From a virus: a stretch of 64,000 bases of DNA. The DNA is taken from positions 32,001 through 96,000 of IMG/VR virus record IMGVR_UViG_3300045988_175328; one strand, given 5' to 3'. Under the pieces are notes generated by a model, which was given only the letters and a program-made list of their open reading frames with translations, ran no database searches and was not told the DNA's origin. The position numbers were made by a program, and so were the translations under genes. Below, piece after piece: positions 9,002 to 17,453 of the stretch; the stretch's first letter is position 1, and each line of letters begins with the position of its first letter.

Positions 9002-9379
9002 ATGATTGCAAAAGTAGTTAATAGATTCGAAGCTCATATTAATGGTATTGCTTTTGATGATGAAGAATGGTTCCAATTTATTGGGCGTTTAATTGAACTT
9101 ATTGAAGATATGACAAATACAGAAGTTCCATTCACTTTTGTATTAGATATTAAAGAAGCATTTCAAGATTATTTTGGAAAAAATGCAAATTTTGAAGAAC
9201 TTCATAAAATAATCAATCGTTGCTTTTTCCTTTCAACAGATAACTTCAAAGAAATTTATCTTCCGACAAATAATATTAAAGATCTAAATTTTATTTTTGA
9301 TTACTCTGATAAGTTTGATGAAATTAATCGAAAAATAAAAGATTGGGATAATACTTACGGAAAGGAACCTGAACAATGA
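9002..9379 (+). CDS. hypothetical protein
   Basis: ORF track; tightly packed between nrdB and the next gene (ATGA overlap at its 3' end). Confidence 0.55.
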   Translation: MIAKVVNRFEAHINGIAFDDEEWFQFIGRLIELIEDMTNTEVPFTFVLDIKEAFQDYFGKNANFEELHKIINRCFFLSTDNFKEIYLPTNNIKDLNFIFDYSDKFDEINRKIKDWDNTYGKEPEQ

Positions 9380-11589
9380 GAGATTTAATTATTCTACGTG
9401 GATGTCCTGGTTCAGGTAAAACTACTGCATTAAAAGAATCAGGATTAGAGAATTATTCCATCAGTTCTGATAAAATCCGATTAATGCTTCGAGCTCCTGA
9501 ATCAATGATCGATGGCAAAATGCAAATTAGCCAAATGGATAATCAATATGTATTTAAAGTCTTAAATGAAATACTCGAGTCTCGTATGAAAAATGGTTCT
9601 CCAACAATTATCGATGCAACTCATTGTGGTTCGCAAAAATGGCACTCTAAACAAATGAATCACTATCGTAATCTTGCTAAGCAATATAAATATCGATTGT
9701 TCTATTGGGAACCGGAAATTGAAAAATGTTCAGTCTATATCGATCGTAACAAAGAACGAGAAGAATTGTATCAAGTACCAGATTCAGTAATTGAAAAAAT
9801 GTATCAAAATTGGAAATCTGTTCCAATGCATCGAGACTTTACTAAAATTAATTCTATTAAATTTAGAAATGATCTTGAAGGATTCGATACTGATATTTCT
9901 GAACGATATAAAAATATAATCGTCGTTGGCGATATTCATGGATGCTATGAGCCACTAAAAGAATTAGTAGTTAAATATGATATTCATGATGAATCTAATT
10001 TATTTATTTTTGTCGGCGATTATTTCGATCGAGGTATTCAGAATCTAGAAGTTTTAGATTTCTTTTTTGATGTTTATGAGCAAAAGAACGTCATCCTTCT
10101 TGAAGGTAATCATGAAGCTCATTGGATTGACTGGGCTTTTGAAGAAAAACGTGAAGATAGTGGTATGTTTAGATTTATTAATACTACTTTAAAAGAGTGG
10201 AGAATTAAATATAAAAACGAAAACGAATTAAAGAAAAATTTAAGACTTCTTCATCGTAAATTAATTCCAGCTTGTTATTTTAATTTTAATGGCCAAAAAT
10301 ATTTAGTAACACATGCTGGGCTTACTTGTGCTCCTAAAGAAAATATGGCAGCTTGGCAATATATTGCTGGTCACGGTAAATATGAACACAATATATCACA
10401 AGAGTTTGAGAATTATATTAAAGAATCTGGCAATAATATTATTCAAATTTTCGGTCATAGATCTGGATTAATTTCTGAACATTCTAAGCCACTTGAAGGT
10501 CAAGTTGAATTTGGTGGCCATTTGAAATATTTTGTAATAAATAAAGATGGCTCTGAATTATGTAGAATTAAAAATGATATGTATGACAAAAATTCTTTAG
10601 AAAATGATCAAAAATTAAAAAAAATATTTAGTGGCAAATTAATTCAAACAGATGATGATAGAATTAATGTTATTGCGAATAGCCGCCATGTAATTGCAAA
10701 AAAATTACCTGATAATTTAATGAGTCTGAATTTTACTAAAGATGCATTTTATAATGCTATTTGGAATGACATTACTATTAAAGCCAGAGGTTTATTTGTT
10801 GATCAAACTACTGGAGAAGTAATAGCGAGAAGTTACAATAAATTTTTTAATTTTGGAGAACGTTCTGAAAAAGATATTGAAGTTCAAAATTTAATTTATC
10901 CATTACGTATTGCTCGAAAAGAAAATGGGTTCCTTGGAATTATTTCTTGGGACCATCGTAACAATAAAATGATTGTTGCCTCTAAAAGTACAACAAAAGC
11001 TGAATACGTGGGATATTTTAAAGATGTTCTTGATCAAGTTAATAAACAAAATCTAGATTTAATATTAGATATTTGTAAGAAAAATAATGTAAGCGCTATC
11101 TTTGAAGTGTGTCATCCAGAAGATATTCATATTGTAGACTACAATAAAGAAAAGAAACTTTTCTTACTCGATTTTGTAAAGAACTCTTTAGATATTGAAG
11201 GACATGATATTATGTTCTCTCAAAGACTGCTTAATAGATGTCATGATCTTTTAGATAAAAACGATCAATATTTAAAAATAGTTGAATATCAATATGTAAA
11301 CTCTGAAGAAGAATATAAATATATTGCCGAAAAATATTTGACTGACGATAATATCGAAGGATATGTTTGTACTGACCGTTCTGGTAAAATGTATAAACAA
11401 AAATCAGCTTCATATTTACTTTGGAAACGGCGCCGAAGAATTCTTGAGAGTATTTACTCTAATTATAATATCCCAGAGGAAATAGAAGAAGAAGAAAGAG
11501 AATTCATAGAATTCTTAAAAAGAAACGAAACTAAATTTGATTCAATTATTGAAGCGAAAAAGGCTTTTGAACTTGACAACAATAAATAG
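9376..11589 (+). CDS. pnkp: Pnkp-like RNA repair enzyme (P-loop polynucleotide kinase + calcineurin-type metallophosphatase + nucleotidyltransferase/ligase domain)
   Basis: P-loop GCPGSGKTT (aa 9-17). Metallophosphoesterase motifs VVGDIHGC, GDYFDRG, GNHE, THAG, GH. C-terminal KENGFLG (Lys at nt 10918, KxNG-type adenylylation motif) with KARGLFVD upstream. The domain order matches bacterial Pnkp. Confidence 0.65.
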   Translation: MRDLIILRGCPGSGKTTALKESGLENYSISSDKIRLMLRAPESMIDGKMQISQMDNQYVFKVLNEILESRMKNGSPTIIDATHCGSQKWHSKQMNHYRNLAKQYKYRLFYWEPEIEKCSVYIDRNKEREELYQVPDSVIEKMYQNWKSVPMHRDFTKINSIKFRNDLEGFDTDISERYKNIIVVGDIHGCYEPLKELVVKYDIHDESNLFIFVGDYFDRGIQNLEVLDFFFDVYEQKNVILLEGNHEAHWIDWAFEEKREDSGMFRFINTTLKEWRIKYKNENELKKNLRLLHRKLIPACYFNFNGQKYLVTHAGLTCAPKENMAAWQYIAGHGKYEHNISQEFENYIKESGNNIIQIFGHRSGLISEHSKPLEGQVEFGGHLKYFVINKDGSELCRIKNDMYDKNSLENDQKLKKIFSGKLIQTDDDRINVIANSRHVIAKKLPDNLMSLNFTKDAFYNAIWNDITIKARGLFVDQTTGEVIARSYNKFFNFGERSEKDIEVQNLIYPLRIARKENGFLGIISWDHRNNKMIVASKSTTKAEYVGYFKDVLDQVNKQNLDLILDICKKNNVSAIFEVCHPEDIHIVDYNKEKKLFLLDFVKNSLDIEGHDIMFSQRLLNRCHDLLDKNDQYLKIVEYQYVNSEEEYKYIAEKYLTDDNIEGYVCTDRSGKMYKQKSASYLLWKRRRRILESIYSNYNIPEEIEEEEREFIEFLKRNETKFDSIIEAKKAFELDNNK

Positions 11590-11595
11590 TTAAGG

Positions 11596-11778
11596 TACAA
11601 TTAGTATGTAATCAGGCTAAGCCTGTATATACGCTCCTGCCATAAGGCGGCGAGATGGCAAAACTTCTTTTTAATTTCTCGGAACACCAACCGAGACATT
11701 TTTCCAACTGGAATAATCTTACGCTCCAAAAGATTAAACCGAAAAGACGCCCTGTGCTTAGCGCAGGGCATTCTTTTT
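11596..11778 (+). ncRNA. structured non-coding region (candidate small RNA) downstream of the RNA-repair gene
   Basis: Locally GC-richer 200-nt gap with consecutive hairpins: AGGCT-AAGCCT; CTCCTGCC-ATAA-GGCGGCGAG; CTCGG-AACACCAA-CCGAG; AATCTT..AAGATT. It ends in a strong terminator. Only antisense ORFs without an RBS are predicted here. Confidence 0.3.
11749..11778 (+). terminator. intrinsic terminator
   Basis: GCCCTGTGC-TTA-GCGCAGGGC (9-bp stem) followed by ATTCTTTTT. Confidence 0.65.
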
Positions 11779-11792
11779 GAGAAAGGAAAGGC

Positions 11793-12002
11793 ATGCAAGA
11801 AACAGTTGAACTAATTGTAAAAATGTTTCCAGAGATTCTTGTTAATTCTCATAAGACGCATGAAGAAATTGTCGTAACTAAAAATAATCGACAAATTTTC
11901 TTTAAAGTCTATCCTGAGTACACATTAATCTTCGACGGAATCAATGAGCCTATCAGGACTAAATCAATTCAAGAACTTGAACAATATATTTGTTCATGTT
12001 AG
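11793..12002 (+). CDS. hypothetical protein
   Basis: ORF track; RBS GAAAGGAAAGG directly upstream. Confidence 0.5.
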   Translation: MQETVELIVKMFPEILVNSHKTHEEIVVTKNNRQIFFKVYPEYTLIFDGINEPIRTKSIQELEQYICSC

Positions 12003-12179
12003 CTTCAGACAAAAAGCCGCCTGACGGCGACTATTTGTCTCTTCTCTTTTTAATTCATGTTACACGGTACAAAAAAATGGAACTAAACACACATTTAATG
12101 TCGTTAGTACTAATGGCAAATTTAATTATCTTCATTTTAATTTTCTTGTATGCGGGAAGAGAATCTGAAAGGAATCAAT

Positions 12180-12632
12180 ATGGAAAAACAAATTTCAAAA
12201 ATAATTACAAATAACATTTTTGAAAACCTTATCGACATCTTTGCTTCAAAAGGATATCGATATATTGTTAAATTAAATAATGGAAGATATTATTTAACGA
12301 CAATTAAGCCTTCTCATACCAAAGATGAAACTGGCCTCGATCAAAAAGATTATCTTACAAAACCAATTACTGCTCTAAAAGAATTAGGATTAATTACTGA
12401 TTTTAAACAATCCGTATTCGATATTTATGATTACCTTGGGATTGCAGAATTGTTTGATCTTAAGAAAGGCGATAAAGTTTTAGTATCTCATGATGGATTT
12501 AATTGGAAAAAAGCATATTATTCCTATTACGATGATTTCATGGATAGATACTATGTTTTCATTAACGGCAGAACAGAGTGGTCTTCTAATGGCAAAACAG
12601 AATTTTTTGAGTTCATTAAGGTTGAGAAATAA
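12180..12632 (+). CDS. hypothetical protein
   Basis: ORF track 12150..12632; start moved to ATG 12180 behind GAAAGGAA. Confidence 0.55.
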   Translation: MEKQISKIITNNIFENLIDIFASKGYRYIVKLNNGRYYLTTIKPSHTKDETGLDQKDYLTKPITALKELGLITDFKQSVFDIYDYLGIAELFDLKKGDKVLVSHDGFNWKKAYYSYYDDFMDRYYVFINGRTEWSSNGKTEFFEFIKVEK

Positions 12633-13045
12633 TGGCTAAAGAAAGAAAAAACGAACAAGAATTAAATTTTAAAGGATATCCTATCATTCGAATGATTACC
12701 AAAGAAGGCAAATTATATTTTTCTTTTAGAGATATCCTAAATGCATTGAATCCTAATTTTGTTTCTAAATCTCACAAAAGTGCTACTGATTATGGAATGC
12801 AGAAACATTGTATTCTCGTTGAAAACTCTAAAAAACGATTGGCATATTATATCTCTTCTAAAGGTATTGAAGAATTTTTTAAATTGCCTCAAGTTAAAGC
12901 ACTTGGTGCTCGTTCTGAAGTGCTCAATTTAAATCTTTTAAAAATAATCAATCCAGTTCGAACAAGAAAAAAAGTAGTTCGTCCTAAAAAACGAATCAAA
13001 AAAACTTGGTGGCAACGTTTTAAAGAATTTTTTGGAGTAAGTTAG
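12632..13045 (+). CDS. hypothetical protein with a very basic C-terminus (possible nucleic-acid binding)
   Basis: ORF track; start overlaps the upstream stop; C-terminal RTRKKVVRPKKRIKKTWWQR. Confidence 0.55.
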   Translation: MAKERKNEQELNFKGYPIIRMITKEGKLYFSFRDILNALNPNFVSKSHKSATDYGMQKHCILVENSKKRLAYYISSKGIEEFFKLPQVKALGARSEVLNLNLLKIINPVRTRKKVVRPKKRIKKTWWQRFKEFFGVS

Positions 13046-13504
13046 ATGGCTAAAAACTTTAGAGGATTTGAAGTAATTAAGGAATATAAAGATAAACCTA
13101 TTGTAATGCCAGAACGAAAAACATTAAAAAGTGCAGGCTATGATATTTCTTCAGCTGAAACATATATATTAGAGCCTAAAACTTGTTACTTGATTCCGAC
13201 AGGATTAAAAGCATATATGTTAGATAATGAATTTTTATCATTATACATTCGTTCCAGTATGGCTATTAAACATAATTTGTCTTTAACAAATTCCGTAGCG
13301 ATTATCGATTCTGACTATTACAATAATCCAAATAATGAAGGCCACATTATGATTGGTATTCGAAATAATTCTGAAGAGCCATTTTTACTTGAAAAAGGTA
13401 CTCGTATTGCTCAGGGTGTATTCATGAGCTATGGTATTATTGATGGCGATAAAGCATATCGAACTAGAGTCGGTGGAATTGGTAGTACAGGTCTAGGTAA
13501 ATGA
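13046..13504 (+). CDS. dut: dUTP diphosphatase (trimeric dUTPase)
   Basis: dUTPase motifs KSAGYDI, YIRSS, AIIDSDYY, RIAQG, RVGGIGSTG. Confidence 0.85.
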   Translation: MAKNFRGFEVIKEYKDKPIVMPERKTLKSAGYDISSAETYILEPKTCYLIPTGLKAYMLDNEFLSLYIRSSMAIKHNLSLTNSVAIIDSDYYNNPNNEGHIMIGIRNNSEEPFLLEKGTRIAQGVFMSYGIIDGDKAYRTRVGGIGSTGLGK

Positions 13505-13674
13505 GGTACGATCCATTTACCGAAGTAATTTTGTTCACTATCTGTGCTTTAATTTTACTTCTCGGCCATGCTATTATAATGAAATTTCAATATATAAGAA
13601 CAGCATTCGCAGTCATATTTTTTCAGACTGCGATTTGTTTTTATTTAATATTTAATTATTTTAAGAAAGGATAA
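13501..13674 (+). CDS. small hydrophobic protein (57 aa, below the ORF-track cutoff)
   Basis: ATGA overlap with the dut stop. Translation MRYDPFTEVILFTICALILLLGHAIIMKFQYIRTAFAVIFFQTAICFYLIFNYFKKG* has two hydrophobic segments. Confidence 0.4.
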   Translation: MRYDPFTEVILFTICALILLLGHAIIMKFQYIRTAFAVIFFQTAICFYLIFNYFKKG

Positions 13675-13677
13675 TAA

Positions 13678-13860
13678 ATGACAGAGCTTTTATTAATTAA
13701 AATTTTAGTTCTTATCTCATTTGCATTTTTAGCATATAAGATTACGTATCGTATCATTAAATATGTGACAAATATAAAAGAACACCCTAAATTAGATGCG
13801 GCTGTTGTCTCCGGCATCTTATCTTTATTTTTCTATGATTTGTTTTTGAGATTTATTTAG
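13678..13860 (+). CDS. small membrane protein (60 aa)
   Basis: ORF track; RBS AAGAAAGGA; two hydrophobic segments. Confidence 0.5.
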   Translation: MTELLLIKILVLISFAFLAYKITYRIIKYVTNIKEHPKLDAAVVSGILSLFFYDLFLRFI

Positions 13861-14496
13861 ATGGTTACTAAACTACAAACATTCTGTAAAATTGCAGTAG
13901 AGGACTATCAAGATTTAAATATGTATAAATTAAATCTTGTCCTCTATTTCGCAGATAAACTCTATCGATTTAAATATAGCGAGCCATTTTTTGACGAAGA
14001 ATTTTTAATTGACGAAGAAATGGGTCCGTATCTAGAATCTGTAAAAGATGCATACGAAACATATTCTTTATTTAATATCCCACTATTCGGAGCTTTAAAT
14101 ATTTTTGATGAATCTGATCTTGCAATGGTCGATAAAGATAATAAGTTTGTCGACGATGAGAAAGATCGAGATCATGATGTCGTTGTCGATGAATATGGGA
14201 CTATTCTCGATATTAAGTTTGAAAATAAAAAAGAGCAAGATATTTATGACTTTATTAAGGCTACACTTGAGCCATTAGATTTTACTGGTGTTCTGTATCT
14301 TTATGAATCCTCCAAAGATAAAGAAGAAGAGTTTAATCTATTTTTAGCATCTAAATTTGCAGCATATCAAAAATGGGTTAAAGACGGTAAACCTGAACCA
14401 GATAAAACGAAACCTATTAAAGAAAACGTAATGCATGAAGCTGAGATTTCAGTCGATGATATCGCAGAACGAATATCTCGCCGTAAAAAAATGTAA
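13861..14496 (+). CDS. hypothetical protein, N-terminus weakly Panacea/DUF4065-like
   Basis: YKLNLVLYFADKLYRFKYSEPFFDEEF..MGPYLESVKDAY resembles the KLxKLLYFA...LFxExFxAWxxGPV..Y pattern. Acidic C-terminal half. Confidence 0.5.
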   Translation: MVTKLQTFCKIAVEDYQDLNMYKLNLVLYFADKLYRFKYSEPFFDEEFLIDEEMGPYLESVKDAYETYSLFNIPLFGALNIFDESDLAMVDKDNKFVDDEKDRDHDVVVDEYGTILDIKFENKKEQDIYDFIKATLEPLDFTGVLYLYESSKDKEEEFNLFLASKFAAYQKWVKDGKPEPDKTKPIKENVMHEAEISVDDIAERISRRKKM

Positions 14497-14520
14497 TATA
14501 GTGCCTCAGGAGGCTTGATA

Positions 14521-15198
14521 ATGAATGAATTAAAAACAGAATCTTACGACAAAGATTTAGCTGAACAATTAGACTCATTCGTTGAACAATACAACTCTTG
14601 GGGCTATACAGACCGCGGCAAACAAATATACAATAAAGCAATGCATATGCTAAATACAGATCATGCTATGTATGCTAGACTGCCAATTATTTGCAAGGGC
14701 GAAAATTGTATTTATAAAAACGATCCGCTTCATAAACATAGTGTTGTCCAAGTAGGAGAACCGTGTATTTGTGAAACGACAATGATCGCACAGAAATATG
14801 CCCAGTATAAAGAAGAATTTGACCTTGATAACGCTTCTTATACTGATAAAGTATTAGTTCATGAATTAATTACGCTAGATCTTTTGATTTCTCGTTCGCT
14901 TCAATATATTAATAATAAAGATTACTTACCAGTAATCGATGTTGTTACTAATGTAACAGAAACGGGCGAAGAAATTGTACAACCAATGGTTTCAAAAGGT
15001 ATCGAATTATATTCATCTCTCGTTAAAAAGCGAGATGATGTATTTAGCTTGCTTGTTTCGACACGTAAAGATAAACTTAAAAATAATATTGATACAAATG
15101 ACCATGACGTATATTTAATTAATCAGTTAAGTAACGATGATTTCTTTGTTACAGAAGCTGATATTCAAAAAGAGAAAGAGAGCGTGCTTAGTCGATGA
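14521..15198 (+). CDS. hypothetical protein (Cys-cluster CKGENC..CIC; small-terminase role possible only by position)
   Basis: ORF track 14515..15198; ATG 14521 lies 7 nt after CAGGAGG. Confidence 0.5.
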   Translation: MNELKTESYDKDLAEQLDSFVEQYNSWGYTDRGKQIYNKAMHMLNTDHAMYARLPIICKGENCIYKNDPLHKHSVVQVGEPCICETTMIAQKYAQYKEEFDLDNASYTDKVLVHELITLDLLISRSLQYINNKDYLPVIDVVTNVTETGEEIVQPMVSKGIELYSSLVKKRDDVFSLLVSTRKDKLKNNIDTNDHDVYLINQLSNDDFFVTEADIQKEKESVLSR

Positions 15199-15713
15199 TA
15201 CAAAATTTTTTTAAAGGTTTTGCAAAAGGCATTGACAACATTAATAAAGTAGTTAGTGCTACTAGTGTAATGAATAAAGGATTCAGAACAGCTTCTGAGA
15301 GCATTGCAAAAAAAATTAAAAGCCAAGGAATGATTGAAGGCGCTTTGAATCCATTACACAATATTGCCCAAGGTGGTTTTGGTTATCGTGCTACCGGCAA
15401 ATATGCTGATGCATATAAATTAGCATATGCAGATCAACAAACAGTTGGCAAGGTAATGGATTTAATGCAAGACACAGGCGCCTATAAAGGTAAAGGTTAT
15501 CATGCCGCATTACAAGCTGGTGAAGGACATGCTGGTTATGAAGAAGCTAGAGCAGCTTATGATGCCATCATGAAAGATGCCAAACTTGATAGGACCAGAA
15601 TGATCACGCATGGTGTCATTGGTGCCGGAACAGGATATCGATTGCTTTCTGGTGGAGGCGTATATCGAGATCATAATGGCCAAGTAAATATTCCAGTAGT
15701 TCCGGGTATTTAA
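15195..15713 (+). CDS. hypothetical Gly/Ala-rich protein
   Basis: ORF track; ATGA coupling to the upstream gene. Confidence 0.5.
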   Translation: MIQNFFKGFAKGIDNINKVVSATSVMNKGFRTASESIAKKIKSQGMIEGALNPLHNIAQGGFGYRATGKYADAYKLAYADQQTVGKVMDLMQDTGAYKGKGYHAALQAGEGHAGYEEARAAYDAIMKDAKLDRTRMITHGVIGAGTGYRLLSGGGVYRDHNGQVNIPVVPGI

Positions 15714-15716
15714 TCA

Positions 15717-16940
15717 ATGGCTAAAAAAAATAAAAAGAATAAAGAAAGATATATTCCAAAAGAAGAAAGAAGACTAGCTCAAGAAGCTGTAGAAAATAAC
15801 TTCAGAGAAAGTCTGTCAAAAGGATTTAAACCTAATTTTGAAGAAATTCCTAAACCTAAAATTGCAGATAATTTTAAAGAATTAGCTGATTATGCAAAAA
15901 CTCCGTCTCCTTATTATGCATATAAGAAAGATGGAGGGATAATTAAAGCCAGAAAAGAAAACTCTTTAAATTTAGGCAGTGTTCGTGTTAATAAAAACTC
16001 AGAAACTTATCTTCGTAACGAAAAAGGCAATTTTAAATTTAAATTTGGCAAACAACATATTCCATCGGAAGAAGAAGTTTCTTCTAAAATATCTTTAATT
16101 GCAGATAAGCCAGTAATTGACTATGATGATATAGGCCATCATAAAAAAGATTTACAATCTAATCAAAAAGAGCCGTTAAGTAAAGTAAAAAATGATACTA
16201 TGCCAAAAGGCATGCCTTCTCGTGAAGAATATACTTACAATAGAGGGAGTCATGCTCCGGAGTATGTAAATAAATCTGTAAAAACATCAAATACAGTTTA
16301 TCCAGATCCAAACTTTCCTCCGATGGGGCCAAATCCTGCACCAGAAATTTCTCAATTAGAAAGTAATATTTCTAATACAAAAAAATCTTCAAGTCCTCAA
16401 AAATCTAGACGAGAAAGAATAAGAGATAATATTCATTCAACAGTTGATACTGTTAAAGATAAAACTGGCGCAGCTATTGATACAGTAAGAAATAAAACTA
16501 ACACAGCTGTTGATGCAGTAAAAGATAAAGCAGATATAGCCATTAGTGCTGTAAAAGAAAAATCTGAAGTTGCTGTTAATGCTACAAAAAAAGGTATTAA
16601 TGCTACCGATAAATTTTTATCAAAAAGTCCAGACTTAATTAAAATAAACAAAGAAAGTCCTGATATTTTTGGCGGGAAATTTAGATTAACTAAAGCTGGC
16701 GCTTTAGGAGCAGTTGTGGCTGGTTCATTATTTGCTGTCAAAGATTTTGCAGAATCTTATCAAAGAGAGCCTGCATCTGCAGGTTCAGCTACACCTTTAA
16801 TTTCATCTCCTGTTGTTAATGCTATTCAGTCATCATCTTCGGGATTGACTCCTAAAAATGCATTAGATAATATGAGCGCTAGTGGTGATTTAAATTTTGC
16901 ATTACGAGAACGCAACCGAATAGCTCCTGGTCAGCTTTAA
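15717..16940 (+). CDS. hypothetical protein with five tandem 11-residue amphipathic repeats and a C-terminal hydrophobic segment
   Basis: ORF track; repeats TVDTVKDKTGA/AIDTVRNKTNT/AVDAVKDKADI/AISAVKEKSEV/AVNATKKGINA (about nt 16434-16600). Confidence 0.55.
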   Translation: MAKKNKKNKERYIPKEERRLAQEAVENNFRESLSKGFKPNFEEIPKPKIADNFKELADYAKTPSPYYAYKKDGGIIKARKENSLNLGSVRVNKNSETYLRNEKGNFKFKFGKQHIPSEEEVSSKISLIADKPVIDYDDIGHHKKDLQSNQKEPLSKVKNDTMPKGMPSREEYTYNRGSHAPEYVNKSVKTSNTVYPDPNFPPMGPNPAPEISQLESNISNTKKSSSPQKSRRERIRDNIHSTVDTVKDKTGAAIDTVRNKTNTAVDAVKDKADIAISAVKEKSEVAVNATKKGINATDKFLSKSPDLIKINKESPDIFGGKFRLTKAGALGAVVAGSLFAVKDFAESYQREPASAGSATPLISSPVVNAIQSSSSGLTPKNALDNMSASGDLNFALRERNRIAPGQL

Positions 16941-16955
16941 AAAAGGATTTAAATA

Positions 16956-17444
16956 ATGGGAATTTTTACAGGCGCAGCCAATATAGCTAAAAAAGCATTT
17001 GCAAAAGGGTCTGGCTTAAAAGACAAGGCCTTTGCTCCAGGTCAAAACATTTTCACCAAAAGTAATCTTCTTGGTGCCGGTGTTTCTGGATATTTTGCTA
17101 AAGATGCTTACGATACAGCTATTGAATCTGGAGAAGGACAAGCTAAAGGATTAAGAGATGCGACTTTTCAATTAGGAACTGATTTATTTTTAGGTCCAGC
17201 TTTAGGTACTGCTGTTTACATGGCAGCAGGATTACCTTCGGCACTTGCATCAGCATCTTCAGAGCTTGCACAACAAGGTCGATTTTTATCGCAACAATCC
17301 TATCGGCCATTTCAATTTAGTCGTCCAGTTAATTCTGGACAATATGCAACGATGCGACAAGCCGGAATGGCGCTCGCAAAACAATCACAATATTCTATGC
17401 AACAAGCCTTAATGGGATCTGAGGCAAAGAATTTTCATAGGTAA
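16956..17444 (+). CDS. hypothetical Gly/Ala-rich membrane-type protein
   Basis: ORF track; RBS AAAAGGA. Confidence 0.5.
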   Translation: MGIFTGAANIAKKAFAKGSGLKDKAFAPGQNIFTKSNLLGAGVSGYFAKDAYDTAIESGEGQAKGLRDATFQLGTDLFLGPALGTAVYMAAGLPSALASASSELAQQGRFLSQQSYRPFQFSRPVNSGQYATMRQAGMALAKQSQYSMQQALMGSEAKNFHR

Positions 17445-17453
17445 TAATGATTA

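Noticed and set aside
11601-11798. Two overlapping minus-strand ORFs (65 and 60 aa)
   Set aside because: They would be the only minus-strand genes in the window. They have no RBS and are antisense to a hairpin/terminator-rich intergenic region, which is better explained as structured RNA on the + strand.
11990-12214. 74-aa + strand ORF overlapping the ends of two neighbouring genes
   Set aside because: It has no RBS, starts inside the preceding gene's stop region and overlaps the RBS and start of the 12180 gene. An internal 45-aa hydrophobic peptide is possible but unsupported.
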